Source: Macrostomum lignano (Eukaryota). Taken from it: a DNA stretch of 24,670 bases. Below are positions 1 through 8,799 of this stretch, piece after piece. How positions within the stretch are numbered: position 1 is the stretch's first letter; every line of letters begins with the position of its first letter. The notes beneath the pieces are model-generated. The model had not been told where the DNA came from. It was given only the letters and a program-made list of their open reading frames with translations, and searched no databases. Position numbers and translations under genes: made by a program. Where the stretch lies: the NCBI GenBank assembly GCA_002269645.1, contig NIVC01005151.1, forward strand, positions 1-24,670, given 5' to 3'.

Positions 1-48
1 GCGAATTGGAACAGCGAATAAGAGCTTTTTTTATTGACTAAATTGCAG

Positions 49-91
49 TCAGTTTGGGGACCGGGTTCTGCGAATTTTGACTGGTGGGAGG
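49..91 (+). CDS. POLR3E: Probable penultimate micro-exon (43 nt) of RPC5/POLR3E-like gene
   Basis: Preceded by T-rich tract, ACTAA and TTGCAG acceptor (46-48); reads QFGDRVLRILTGGR; ends at AGG|GTGAGA in phase 0, matching the phase-0 acceptor at 748. Exon boundaries are inferred. Confidence 0.4.
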
Positions 92-437
92 GTGAGACTG
101 CTGGTGGAGGGTGAAAGTGTTGGGTTGGAGGGTGAGACTGCTGGGTGGAGGTGAAAGTGTTGGGTTGGAGGGTGAGACTGCTGGGTGGAGGGTGAAAGTG
201 TTGGGTTGGAGGGTGAGACTGCTGGGTGGAGGTGAAAGTGTTGGGTTGGAGGGTGAGACTGCTGGGTGAAGGGTGAGACTGCTGGGTTGGAGTGTGAGAC
301 TGCTGGTGGAGGGTGAAAGTGTTGGGTTGGAGGGTGAGACTGCTGGGTGAAGGGTGAGACTGCTGGGTTGGAGGGTGAGACTGCTGGGTGAAGGGTGAGA
401 CTGCTGGGTTGGAGGGTGAGACTGCTGGGTGAAGGGT
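82..437. repeat. G-rich minisatellite of interleaved 20/21-bp units (GAGGGTGAGACTGCTGGGTG / GAGGGTGAAAGTGTTGGGTTG)
   Basis: Directly visible tandem units; the ORFs 38..718 and 49..654 are translations of this repeat and the adjacent 26-bp array. Confidence 0.95.
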
Positions 438-696
438 GAGACACCATTGGAGATGCAGGGTGTGAGACACCATTGGAGATGCAGGGTGTGAGAAACCATT
501 GGAGATGCAGGGTGTGAGAAACCATTGAGATGCAGGGTGTGAGACACCATTGGAGATGCAGGGTGTGAGACACCATTGGAGATGCAGGGTGTGAGACACC
601 ATTGGAGATGCAGGGTGTGAGAAACCATTGGAGATGCAAGGTGTGAGAAACCATTGGAGATGCAGGGTGTGAGAAACCATTGGAGATGCAGGGTGG
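432..696. repeat. 26-bp minisatellite (GAGAMACCATTGGAGATGCAGGGTGT), ~10 copies
   Basis: Directly visible tandem units. Confidence 0.95.
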
Positions 697-748
697 GAAT
701 CACCATAATACAAGTCACTCCACCCCTCCCTCCCTGAATCGAACCCAG

Positions 749-1195
749 GACCGCATGGTGGCAGGTCTCGAAGAGCTAGTCCGTTTCTATCGCGCCGAGA
801 CTGCCTCGCCAGACGGTGGCAGCGGAGACGCTGCCGCAGCAGCAGCCGCCTCCCTTCCAGCATCCGATGAAGCGTGCCGCAGACTGTTCGACTCGGCTGC
901 TGAATCAGCCGGTTTGGTGATCTTTCAGGGCGGCAGTGGCTGCCGTCTGTACGCCTACAGTCCCCAGAGCAGCGGCTCATCCCAATTGGACTCCCAGCCT
1001 CCTCACGCGCGTCATCGTCAAGAATTATTAGCCGCATTGAAGGCCGGCAATGCTCAGGTGACGCTGGCCCAACTCAGAGCGCGGTTCGACGCCGCCCAGC
1101 TGGAACCGCTGCCCGAATCAACTTTGAAATCGCTAGTTAAAGACTATTGCGTGTTTCGCGGTAAAGCCTATTATGCTAAGGGATATCAGCACTAG
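749..1195 (+). CDS. POLR3E: Last coding exon of RNA polymerase III subunit RPC5 (C-terminal tandem winged-helix region)
   Basis: C-terminus HRQELL...LKSLVKDYCVFRGKAYYAKG resembles, from memory, human POLR3E HRQVLL...VDKVLKDCCVSYGGMWYLKG. VAGLEELVRFY aligns with VLTLSELKRLF. CCCAG acceptor at 746-748 is in frame; TAG stop at 1193-1195. Confidence 0.7.
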   Translation, partial: DRMVAGLEELVRFYRAETASPDGGSGDAAAAAAASLPASDEACRRLFDSAAESAGLVIFQGGSGCRLYAYSPQSSGSSQLDSQPPHARHRQELLAALKAGNAQVTLAQLRARFDAAQLEPLPESTLKSLVKDYCVFRGKAYYAKGYQH

Positions 1196-1248
1196 ATTGA
1201 TGTATAGCTTTTTTGCTGGATTTATCGCCTGTCAATCTGAATTAACTA

Positions 1249-1512
1249 TTAGCGGAGGAGAAGGGGTGGGTGTTAGCGGAGGAGAAGGGGTGGGTGTTAG
1301 CGGAGGAGAAGGGGTGGGTGTTAGCGGAGGAGAAGGGGTGGGTGTTAGCGGAGGAGAAGGGGTGGGTGTTAGCGGAGGAGAAGGGGTGAGTGTTACAGGA
1401 GGAGGTGGGGTGGGTGTTAGCGGAGGAGAAGGGGTGGGTGTTAGCGGAGGAGGAGGGGTGAGTGTTACAGGAGGAGGAGGGGTGGCTGTTATAGGAGGAG
1501 GATGGGTGGGGG
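1249..1512. repeat. 24-bp G-rich minisatellite (GTTAGCGGAGGAGAAGGGGTGGGT), ~11 copies, degenerating to the right
   Basis: Directly visible; the source of ORFs 1173..1529 and 1232..1558. Confidence 0.95.
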
Positions 1513-1678
1513 TTCGCGGAGAACTTTGATCAGGTGTGTGATTTTGAGTACTGCTCATGTACTTTATGTTTCATCTGCTACTATGACCGATCTGGCATTT
1601 AGATAACTAAAAGTAAAAAATCTAGGATACTAAAAAAATCGATCATTTTAAGGTATTTGTACGTCTTTGACAAGTGAC

Positions 1679-1684
1679 AATAAA
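1679..1684 (+). terminator. Candidate poly(A) signal AATAAA for the POLR3E-like gene
   Basis: First AATAAA downstream of the stop at 1195; T/GT-rich sequence follows. Confidence 0.3.
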
Positions 1685-1922
1685 TTTGTTCTGTCGGTGT
1701 TTGAGACATAAACAGGCAATGCTCTTACAGGCGTATCAGGTCAGTTGATTCAATACATAGTTGTGCTTTTTGATAAACAGATAAGCTTGCTTTATTAAGA
1801 GTGTCAATTCTTTCTTTATCCATTTTGAACAATTGTGAGAATGGGTACTAGTGGGTGCAGCTGTCAGAACACAGATGTATCAGAGTGAGTTATTTTTTAT
1901 TGACACGGGTGTACAAGGGTAA

Positions 1923-2600
1923 TGGTAGATTGACCCGGATGTGGAGTGGGTATACTGGTAGATTGACCCGGTTATAGAGTGGGTATACTGGTACCAGGTA
2001 GATTGACCCGGATGTAGAGTGGGTATACTGATAGATTGACCCGGATATAGAGTGGGTATACTGGTAGATTGACCCGGATATAGAGTGGGTATACTGGTAG
2101 ATTGACCCGGTTATAGAGTGGGTATACTGGTACCAGGTAGATTGACCCGGATGTAGAGTGGGTATACTGATAGATTGACCCGGATATAGAGTGGGTATAC
2201 TGGTAGATTGACCCGGTTATAGAGTGGGTATACTGGTAGATTGACCCGGTTATAGAGTGGGTATACTGATAGATTGACCCGGTTATAGAGTGGGTATACT
2301 GGTAGATTGACCTGGATATAGAGTGGGTATACTGGTAGATTGACCCGGATGTAGAGTGGGTATACTAGTAGATTGACCCGGATGTAGAGTGGGTATACTG
2401 GTAGATTGACCCGGATATAGAGTGGGTATACTGGTAGATTGACCCGGATGTAGAGTGGGTATACTGGTAGATTGACCCGGATATAGAGTGGGTATACTGG
2501 TAGATTGACCCGGATATAGAGTGGGTATACTGGTAGATTGACCCGGTTATAGAGTGGGTATACTGGTAGATTGACCCGGATGTAGAGTGGGTATACTAAT
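1923..2600. repeat. 33-bp minisatellite (TGGTAGATTGACCCGGATATAGAGTGGGTATAC), ~20 copies
   Basis: Head-to-tail copies with no unique spacers; two units carry an extra 8-bp insertion (TGGTACCAGGTAG). Confidence 0.95.
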
Positions 2601-2687
2601 AGACTGACTGGTAGATTTCAGTAGTGAACTGGTATGGGTTTTTTTCTATAGTGCAAAAAATTAAGTTTAACAATTGCTTTGAGTTTC

Positions 2688-2693
2688 TTTATT
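2688..2693 (-). terminator. Candidate poly(A) signal AATAAA of the GPCR gene
   Basis: TTTATT on + strand ~10 nt beyond the GPCR stop codon. Confidence 0.4.
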
Positions 2694-2703
2694 TCAAATT
2701 AAG

Positions 2704-3387
2704 TCAAATTGATCGTGTGCACTTCACTCGGACAACTCGTAATCGCGGAGCCGAACCTCTAGCCAGATGAATAACTCTATTGTAAGACTGCGGGTGCGTC
2801 TTCACTGCTGAACCATCTGAGGCCAGGCGGTGTGGCTTCTGTGGTTGAGATCCATGTGCAGCAGCTGCTGCAGTACCTCCTCCGCTGCTCTGATGGTTCA
2901 GCTGGTGATGCTGCTGCAGTAAATGCTGAAGCTGCTGATGCTGCAGTTGCTGCTGGCCAGACTGACACCTCAGAAAGCGCACAATGGCCAGTCGGTATCC
3001 TTTGTTCATAAAACAGTAGAACAGAGGATTCAGAAACGCGTTCATGTAGCTGAGTATCCAGAACAGGACGTAGAGCCAATCTGTGCTGGTCAGGTTGGTT
3101 GTCCCTGTGACGATCATGTTCTCAACCACTTGCCAGGGCATATTGGTGAGCAGGAAGGAGATCAGTACGCAGGTGACAATGCGGAACGATTTCACCAGTC
3201 GGTTGGCCAGGGTTGAACTTCGACGTACATGTACGCCGGCATGCTGACGGGAGAGTCGGCTGTTGACTCCGCTGCCACCAGCTGTACATGTAGCTATTAG
3301 CGACTGCGAAGCGGTGTCCACGCAGCTCTCCTGCAGCGAGGAGGCTGCAGCAGCCAAGCGGTGATTGGGGCTTCTTGACTGACGAGC
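2704..3387 (-). CDS. Class A GPCR exon 2 (rest of ICL3, TM6, TM7, Gln/His-rich C-tail)
   Basis: TM6 FLLTNMPWQV, TM7 SYMNAFLNPLFY (NPxxY), helix 8 NKGYR. Acceptor CTGATTGCAG ends at 3388 in phase 0. Confidence 0.9.
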   Translation of the reverse strand, partial: ARQSRSPNHRLAAAASSLQESCVDTASQSLIATCTAGGSGVNSRLSRQHAGVHVRRSSTLANRLVKSFRIVTCVLISFLLTNMPWQVVENMIVTGTTNLTSTDWLYVLFWILSYMNAFLNPLFYCFMNKGYRLAIVRFLRCQSGQQQLQHQQLQHLLQQHHQLNHQSSGGGTAAAAAHGSQPQKPHRLASDGSAVKTHPQSYNRVIHLARGSAPRLRVVRVKCTRSI

Positions 3388-3453
3388 CTGCAATCAGGTT
3401 TTAGTGGGTGAACGACTTGAATTGAAATACTTTTAAGACGCTTCGCTTCCTAT

Positions 3454-4030
3454 AACGCAGGCACACGAAATTCAAGAACACGAACCAACTTTTTGTTGCG
3501 CACCTTCTCAAACAAGAATCAAGTCGCCAGCCCTCCTTGCGTAGATAGACCTCATGATCACCTTGCGCCACCTTTTGAAGGTGCGGACGGCGTCGGAGTG
3601 ATGACGGAATGCTTGAGAGACTAGCTGAGGATGTCCAGCAGTTGAGGCTTGTCCACTGTCGAGACTTGATCGACGAAACTAGAGAAATCCGCATCAGGGT
3701 GTCCATAGTCACCTGGTGCCACCTGCTGAAGGTCCAGAAGCTCCGCCTGGGTGAAGGCCAGTGACCAACAAAGTCAGAGCTGATGCAGACGCAGACACAT
3801 GTGATCGGCGTGCTGTTGAAATTTGGAGGCTTGGCAAGGCTGCACTGAGGCACAGTGCTAATTGGCGCACAGGGGTGTACTGAAGACACAGGCGCTTATG
3901 GGAAAAATCCGACCTTCTGGCAGAATCGTCGAATATCTCGACGGTCCGGTGGGCTGGCGACTTGATTCTTGTTTGAGAAGGTGCGCAACAAAAAGTTGGT
4001 TCGTGTTCTTGAATTTCGTGTGCCTGCGTT
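3454..4030. repeat. Perfect 80-bp inverted repeat (3454-3533 / 3951-4030) around a 417-bp spacer
   Basis: The arms are exact reverse complements, checked base by base; mismatches immediately outside and inside. Confidence 0.95.
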
Positions 4031-4313
4031 GCTCCCTTCCGGCGCAGCAAAAAATTGTCAGGGGGAATTTTCCCTCCCTCTCGGTAGTTCTACCGTTAAG
4101 ATTCTTTTTAATGTGTCATTTAACTATTAAGAATAGTTACTGAACTGAGAGGTTTGACCCGGTATAACAAAGACGCAAACTATAAAATGTGATGCATAAT
4201 GTGAAATTCGATATTTGCTACCAGCTCGCACCAGTTATAAATAGGATAGCCCCGTTTTGTTTTTGTATTATAAAATACATGTAAACTGTTTCGAGAACGT
4301 GCGAGTTTAGAGA

Positions 4314-4645
4314 AGCGCCCCCTGTCTATTGGTGGGCGCCCGTCTCTTAGTGAGCGCCCCTGTCTCTTCGTTGGGCGCCCCTGTCTCTTAGTGGGCGCCC
4401 GTCTCTTATGAGCGCCCCCTGTCTCTTCATTGGGCGCCCCTGTCTCTTAGTGGGCGCCCGTCTCTTATGAGCGCCCCCTGTCTCTTCGTTGGGCGCCCCT
4501 GTCTCTTAGTGGGCGCCCGTCTCTTATGAGCGCCCCCTGTCTCTTCGTTGGGCGCCCCTGTCTCTTAGTGGGCGCCCGTCTCTTATGAGCGCCCCCTGTC
4601 TCTTCGTTGGGCGCCCCTGTCTCTTGGTGGGCGCCCGTCTCTTGG
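4314..4645. repeat. Higher-order minisatellite: 59-bp unit of three ~20-bp subunits (GCGCCC(C)TGTCTCTT core)
   Basis: Successive 60-nt lines shift by one base, giving a 59-bp period; ~5.5 units. Confidence 0.9.
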
Positions 4646-5233
4646 TTACCAGACTGCTATTCTTTCTGTAATGCAAAAATTATGATACAATTCTATTATC
4701 AATTAATCTAGAATAAGAATCAATAAATATTTAATTTTTAATATATTTGTCGTGATAGACCTGTAGATTAAACTCTATGATAAAGAAAAGCTAGAACAGT
4801 TGTTAAATCTATTTTTTAATCCTCGAATATCTTCGAATATTTTCTTATCTTTTGGGAGATGAAATCCGAATATTACCGAACAGATATTCGACAAGACAGC
4901 TCGTGCTTCTATGAGTATTTTATTTCTTAGCTTTTATTAACTCTTGGCCTTTGTTTCAAAGTTCACTAGACAATCCCGTTCGTGATTATCAAACTTAGAT
5001 TAATCCTTCGGTCTCTTAAAAACAAATAATTAATTAAAATCCTCATCCAATTATTGGGCGGCTCATTGAGACGGCACGAACGACAAGAACACCCTATTGA
5101 GATTAAACAAAAGGCTTTGGAATGATATCACAGATTGTGAGTTATGGAATTACTTCTAGTTGCTGCCAAGATTATGAAACCCTTCCACTAAGCTACAACC
5201 CTTTCCATTGAGGAGAATGTTTTGTGCGCGTGA

Positions 5234-5443
5234 GGGGTTGCTTTCACAAACGCGAAAATTCACAACCACTAAATCACCTTCTTTCATAACCGCGAAACTT
5301 CACAACCGCTAAAAAGACTACCGTATATGAAAGTAAGTGCAAAAGTTTTAGCGGTTGTGAAATTTCGCGTCTATGAAATTTAGCGCTTATGAAAGTAGGT
5401 GCTTTTAGCGGTTGTGAAATTTCGCGTTTGTGAAAGCCACCCC
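5234..5443. mobile_element. MITE (210 bp) with ~45-bp TIRs (GGGGTKGCTTTCACAAACGCGAAA...) and 8-bp TSD
   Basis: TIRs at 5234-5278 and 5398-5443; flanks GCGCGTGA (5226-5233) and GCGTGTGA (5444-5451) differ by one CpG-type transition; internal subterminal repeats in both orientations. Confidence 0.8.
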
Positions 5444-5811
5444 GCGTGTGAGGGTTAGGAGCCTGCCGCGGAAGTGACAGCGGGATATCAACTTGGTTGA
5501 CAGGCTAGAGGACAAATTCTGTTTCTCAAACTTCGCAGATATTATCTCTGTGCCATTTTTAGCAGATCTTCTCAATCTGCTCGGTTCTTGCAGAATCTTC
5601 TACGAAGGGAGGTAAATTTGTTTTGTCATTCATTTGGCTTAAGTTTTAGCTTTATTATTTTTTATTTTCTGGTAAAATAGGACAATAAATATAATAAAAA
5701 TGTGATTTGAAGCTATAAGAACATATAAAAGTTAAGATCACAGAATACTGTGGTATTCTGTGGTTAAGATCTTGTACGATGTAGCAAGTCGCCCAGATCT
5801 GGTAAGTTTAC

Positions 5812-6930
5812 TGAAATACAATGGTTTTCTCGGGGTGGCCTGGTAGGTCTTTGAATCCCACCGCTGCCACCAGTGAAATAGATAGCGTTTTTCTCGGGGT
5901 GGCCTGGTAGGTCTTTGAATCCCACCGCTGCCACCAGTGAAGTACAATGGGTTTTCTTCCCGGTTTAGGCCCTTGCGGATTACCTTAATCTTGAGCCTCT
6001 TCAGTGGGAAGTTCTCTCAACTCTCTCAGTAGCGTAGGTAGTGCTGCCACCAGTTCCTTCAGGTCTCGGCCTTCGATGAGGTGAGCTTCCCGTCGGAACG
6101 AAATAAACAAGTCAACGAACTCAGCACAGTGTGCAGATTTGCAGATTAATGAACAAGGCGTCCTGATCAGCAGATCCCCGCCGGGCTCAGGGGTGGCTAG
6201 GAAGGCAGTGTTAGCCTCCCTTAGGCTTGGGCTTTAGTGGGGTCTCAGTCAGACCAGTACAAACGGATTCAGTACGCAAAGGGCACTTAGTTAGACACTG
6301 ACGCACACGGGTTCTTAGTGAATTCTCCGCAGATAAGAAGCCAAAATCCTTGACGGAAACAAGGGGAGAGGGGTCCTATTTATAGCCGGGAAACACCCAC
6401 GCACAAGACCTCGTGACTTGTTCTATTTTTAGAACTGACGTCACTTGAGATCTCGAGGCAGGGTCTCAGTGCGCGCAAGACCTCGTGACTCGTTCTATTT
6501 TTAGAACTGACGTCACTTGAGGTCTCCGGCCAGAGTACACGCGGCTGTGACTCAGTTGCTATTTTAGCAACATGAGTCACTCCTCTCCTTAGAGAAGGGA
6601 GGGGTCCAAAAGCACGTGATTCTCCCGGTAAACAGGGCCAACGAGTGCAGTAAACATGTTTACTGCACTTTAGGACTCGAAGAACGCAGAGTCTGTCATG
6701 TGACTTGCTCACATGACAGAGGAAAACGGGACGGGAACGAAACAGAGACAGCCCACAGCAGAGAAGCTAAGGGCTGAGAACAGAGACGCAGAAGGGCAGA
6801 ACAGTCCAAGGGCAGCAACAGACGGGCCAAGGGGGCGGGAAGCTGACCAGCGGCAGACAGCAACCCAGGGCGAGGGCGAGGGAGACTGCTGACAAAGTGG
6901 GACGCCTAACACAACTAGCGGATCACTACA
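5812..6930 (-). repeat. 3' LTR (1119 bp)
   Basis: Differs from 13873-14993 by 3 substitutions and 2 single-base indels on manual comparison. Confidence 0.95.
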
Positions 6931-6942
6931 CTCTCCCCGTTC
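6931..6942 (-). promoter_or_regulatory. Polypurine tract GAACGGGGAGAG
   Basis: Abuts the TGTAGT start of the 3' LTR. Confidence 0.9.
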
Positions 6943-7495
6943 AAATGAAGAGGCGGAGTGAAAGCGAAGCGCGCTTTATTTAATAAACAAAATAGTGATT
7001 TTACTAAATAAAATTATTACAAATGCCTGGCAAAAGGATGACAGTGTCACAAGGCATACCAATTATTACACGGCTGGGCCAAGGTCAGGATTGTGGCCCG
7101 AAATGGCGAAGCACCAATAGCACCGGTGGGTTGCCCACGCCAAGGCAGAGCCCTAGAAAATCATAAAATCGGAGGGGCTGGCAAGTCCCTCGGGCGTACG
7201 CAGAATCAGGACCTCAGTCCAACAGCGGTTTGGGGGCGCCGGCCCGGAAAATGGGCGCCTAAATATACGGGATACCATAGACAGCCGGCAGAGCCCGTCA
7301 CTGGGGAGAAGGGGGATGCAGAACTGCATCAGAGCAACAGCTCACGGGAAGATAAAAGAGTACGCATTGCGGGGGCGCTGGCCCGCTATTGAGGCGCCAC
7401 ATAAAGTAGAGCAGGGAAAAATCAGAGGGTGCCTGTCAGCACCAAGTCCACAGAGTCAGAGTTAATCGCTGCGTTGGGTTGATCGGTGCACGCAG

Positions 7496-7708
7496 ATGCG
7501 GGCAGTGCGACTAACATACGTCTTGGCCCTAGGATTAATAATTAGCCTCTCAGGCTGCCTACGATTCCTAGCCGGCCTACCGACATCTACAGACCCTAAT
7601 GACGCTTCCACCGGAGTGGTGCATAACGACGGCCCAGGGGTCTGGACCACAGAAAAAGCAGCACTGGGAGCGGGAGCAGAAACGGCGGAAAAGAAACAGC
7701 AGGCATAG
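7496..7708 (+). CDS. Possible antisense small protein (70 aa) with signal-peptide-like N-terminus in the retrotransposon 3' region
   Basis: ATG start; MRAVRLTYVLALGLIISLSGC has a basic n-region and hydrophobic h-region. No homology recognised. Confidence 0.2.
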   Translation: MRAVRLTYVLALGLIISLSGCLRFLAGLPTSTDPNDASTGVVHNDGPGVWTTEKAALGAGAETAEKKQQA

Positions 7709-8799
7709 ACGCATCAAGAACAGGCTTATGCAGATGACATTCACCATACGGCACTGGCTCACGCCGAAGTGCACTTGCCTGGTTCGCTGGTGTCGTGACC
7801 GGTCCACCTCCTGGCTGCACCTCCGGGATCGCCAAAGGCCGGAAGTGCCATCGGAAGGCCGGCCTTGCGTCGTAGCCGTCATCATCGTCATCGTCGGGGT
7901 CGTCCTGGTCGTCCTCGGGATTGGCGTCAGGGTCGCGGGTCCTGCGCCGTCGGGGACGTCGGGCGGCCGCCGGCGTTTCTTCGGTTTGTCGACTTCAGGG
8001 TCCGAAGTTCTCGTGTAGTCAGCGTCAGGCACGAGCAGAAGGTTCCGGCGATGGACGACTAGTTCGTCTCGTCTAGCTCTCGGGTTAGGCAGTCTCCGTC
8101 GAATCTTGTAGACGACCTCGCCCTTGGGCTCGACGACTTCGTACAGCGCTTTGCGAGGTCGATGAAACTTCGCCGCCTCATCCGGTTCGAGTACCGGGTT
8201 GTTGAGGAAGACCAGATCACCGGGTTGAAGCTTCTTGGCGGCGGGCAGGTTCGAATAGTGCTCGTCTCGCAGTTGCTGGTGCAGATGCAGGCGCTCCTTG
8301 GCTAGCTCAGTCGCCTCGTCCAGGCGACGTTGGAAGTCCTTGACGTAGTCGGGCAGGTCGGCGTACTCGGGCAGCTTCTTCAGCGCGTTGTCGATCGGGA
8401 GTCGGAAATCACGGCCGAACACCAGGTAGTGAGGCGTGAAGCCGGTCACCGGGTGCACGCTGGAGCGGAGAGCCATCAGACAGGCCGGGAGGAAGGTGTC
8501 CCAGTCGTTGTGGTTGCGCTCGAGCAGACAGGTGAGGACACTCTTCAGCTGTTTGTTGAGGTTCTCGACTTGTCCGTTGGAAGCTGGATTGTACGGTGTT
8601 GTTGTCGTATGCCGAATGCCAAACAGGTCGCAGAACTTCTTGAAGGCTGAGCCGGTGAAGTTGGTGCCTTGGTCAGTGTGGATCCAGCATGGTACACCGA
8701 ACTCGGGATGAAGCGCTCCTGCAGAAGCTTGATGACTGTTTTGGCTTTCTGGTTTCTCATCGGGTAGGCGAATGGATACTTCGACGTCGCATCGCACAA
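7596..8799 (-). CDS. pol: Pol: integrase catalytic core and C-terminal tail (frameshifted segments)
   Basis: IHTDQGTNF (D) and SNGQVENLN (E); GPY/F-like region KFHRPRKALYEVV. One-base deficits near 8800, 8708 and ~7935; the restored tail is Asp-rich (PEDDQDDPDDDDDDGY). Confidence 0.85.

Noticed and set aside
38-718. Long minus-strand ORFs (226 aa, 201 aa), and likewise 1173..1529 and 1232..1558
   Set aside because: They are translations of minisatellites with periodic low-complexity peptides.
1923-2600. CRISPR-like array (33-bp repeats)
   Set aside because: Units are head-to-tail with no unique spacers, the context is eukaryotic and there are no cas genes.
3401-4143. ORFs 3401..3889, 3709..4050 and 3862..4143 as real genes
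   Set aside because: No recognisable domain; they share sequence only because of the inverted repeat and lie in the GPCR intron.
5739-5811. Nested + strand gene (CTG|GTAAGT donor at the insertion site; 10-bp hairpin 5739-5762)
   Set aside because: The reconstructed intron would be only ~27 nt and no coherent ORF flanks it.
5853-5936. tRNA-Leu genes in the LTR
   Set aside because: Only the 3' 20-23 nt (with CCA) match; there is no D-arm, anticodon arm or A-box, so these are PBS-type copies and not genes.
6419-6435. Heat-shock element in U3 (GTTCTATTTTTAGAAC)
   Set aside because: TTC-GAA spacing of 8 nt is out of nGAAn pentamer register.
6931-7596. env gene or chromodomain after integrase
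   Set aside because: No long sense ORF with signal, furin site and TM; no chromodomain aromatic-cage motif.
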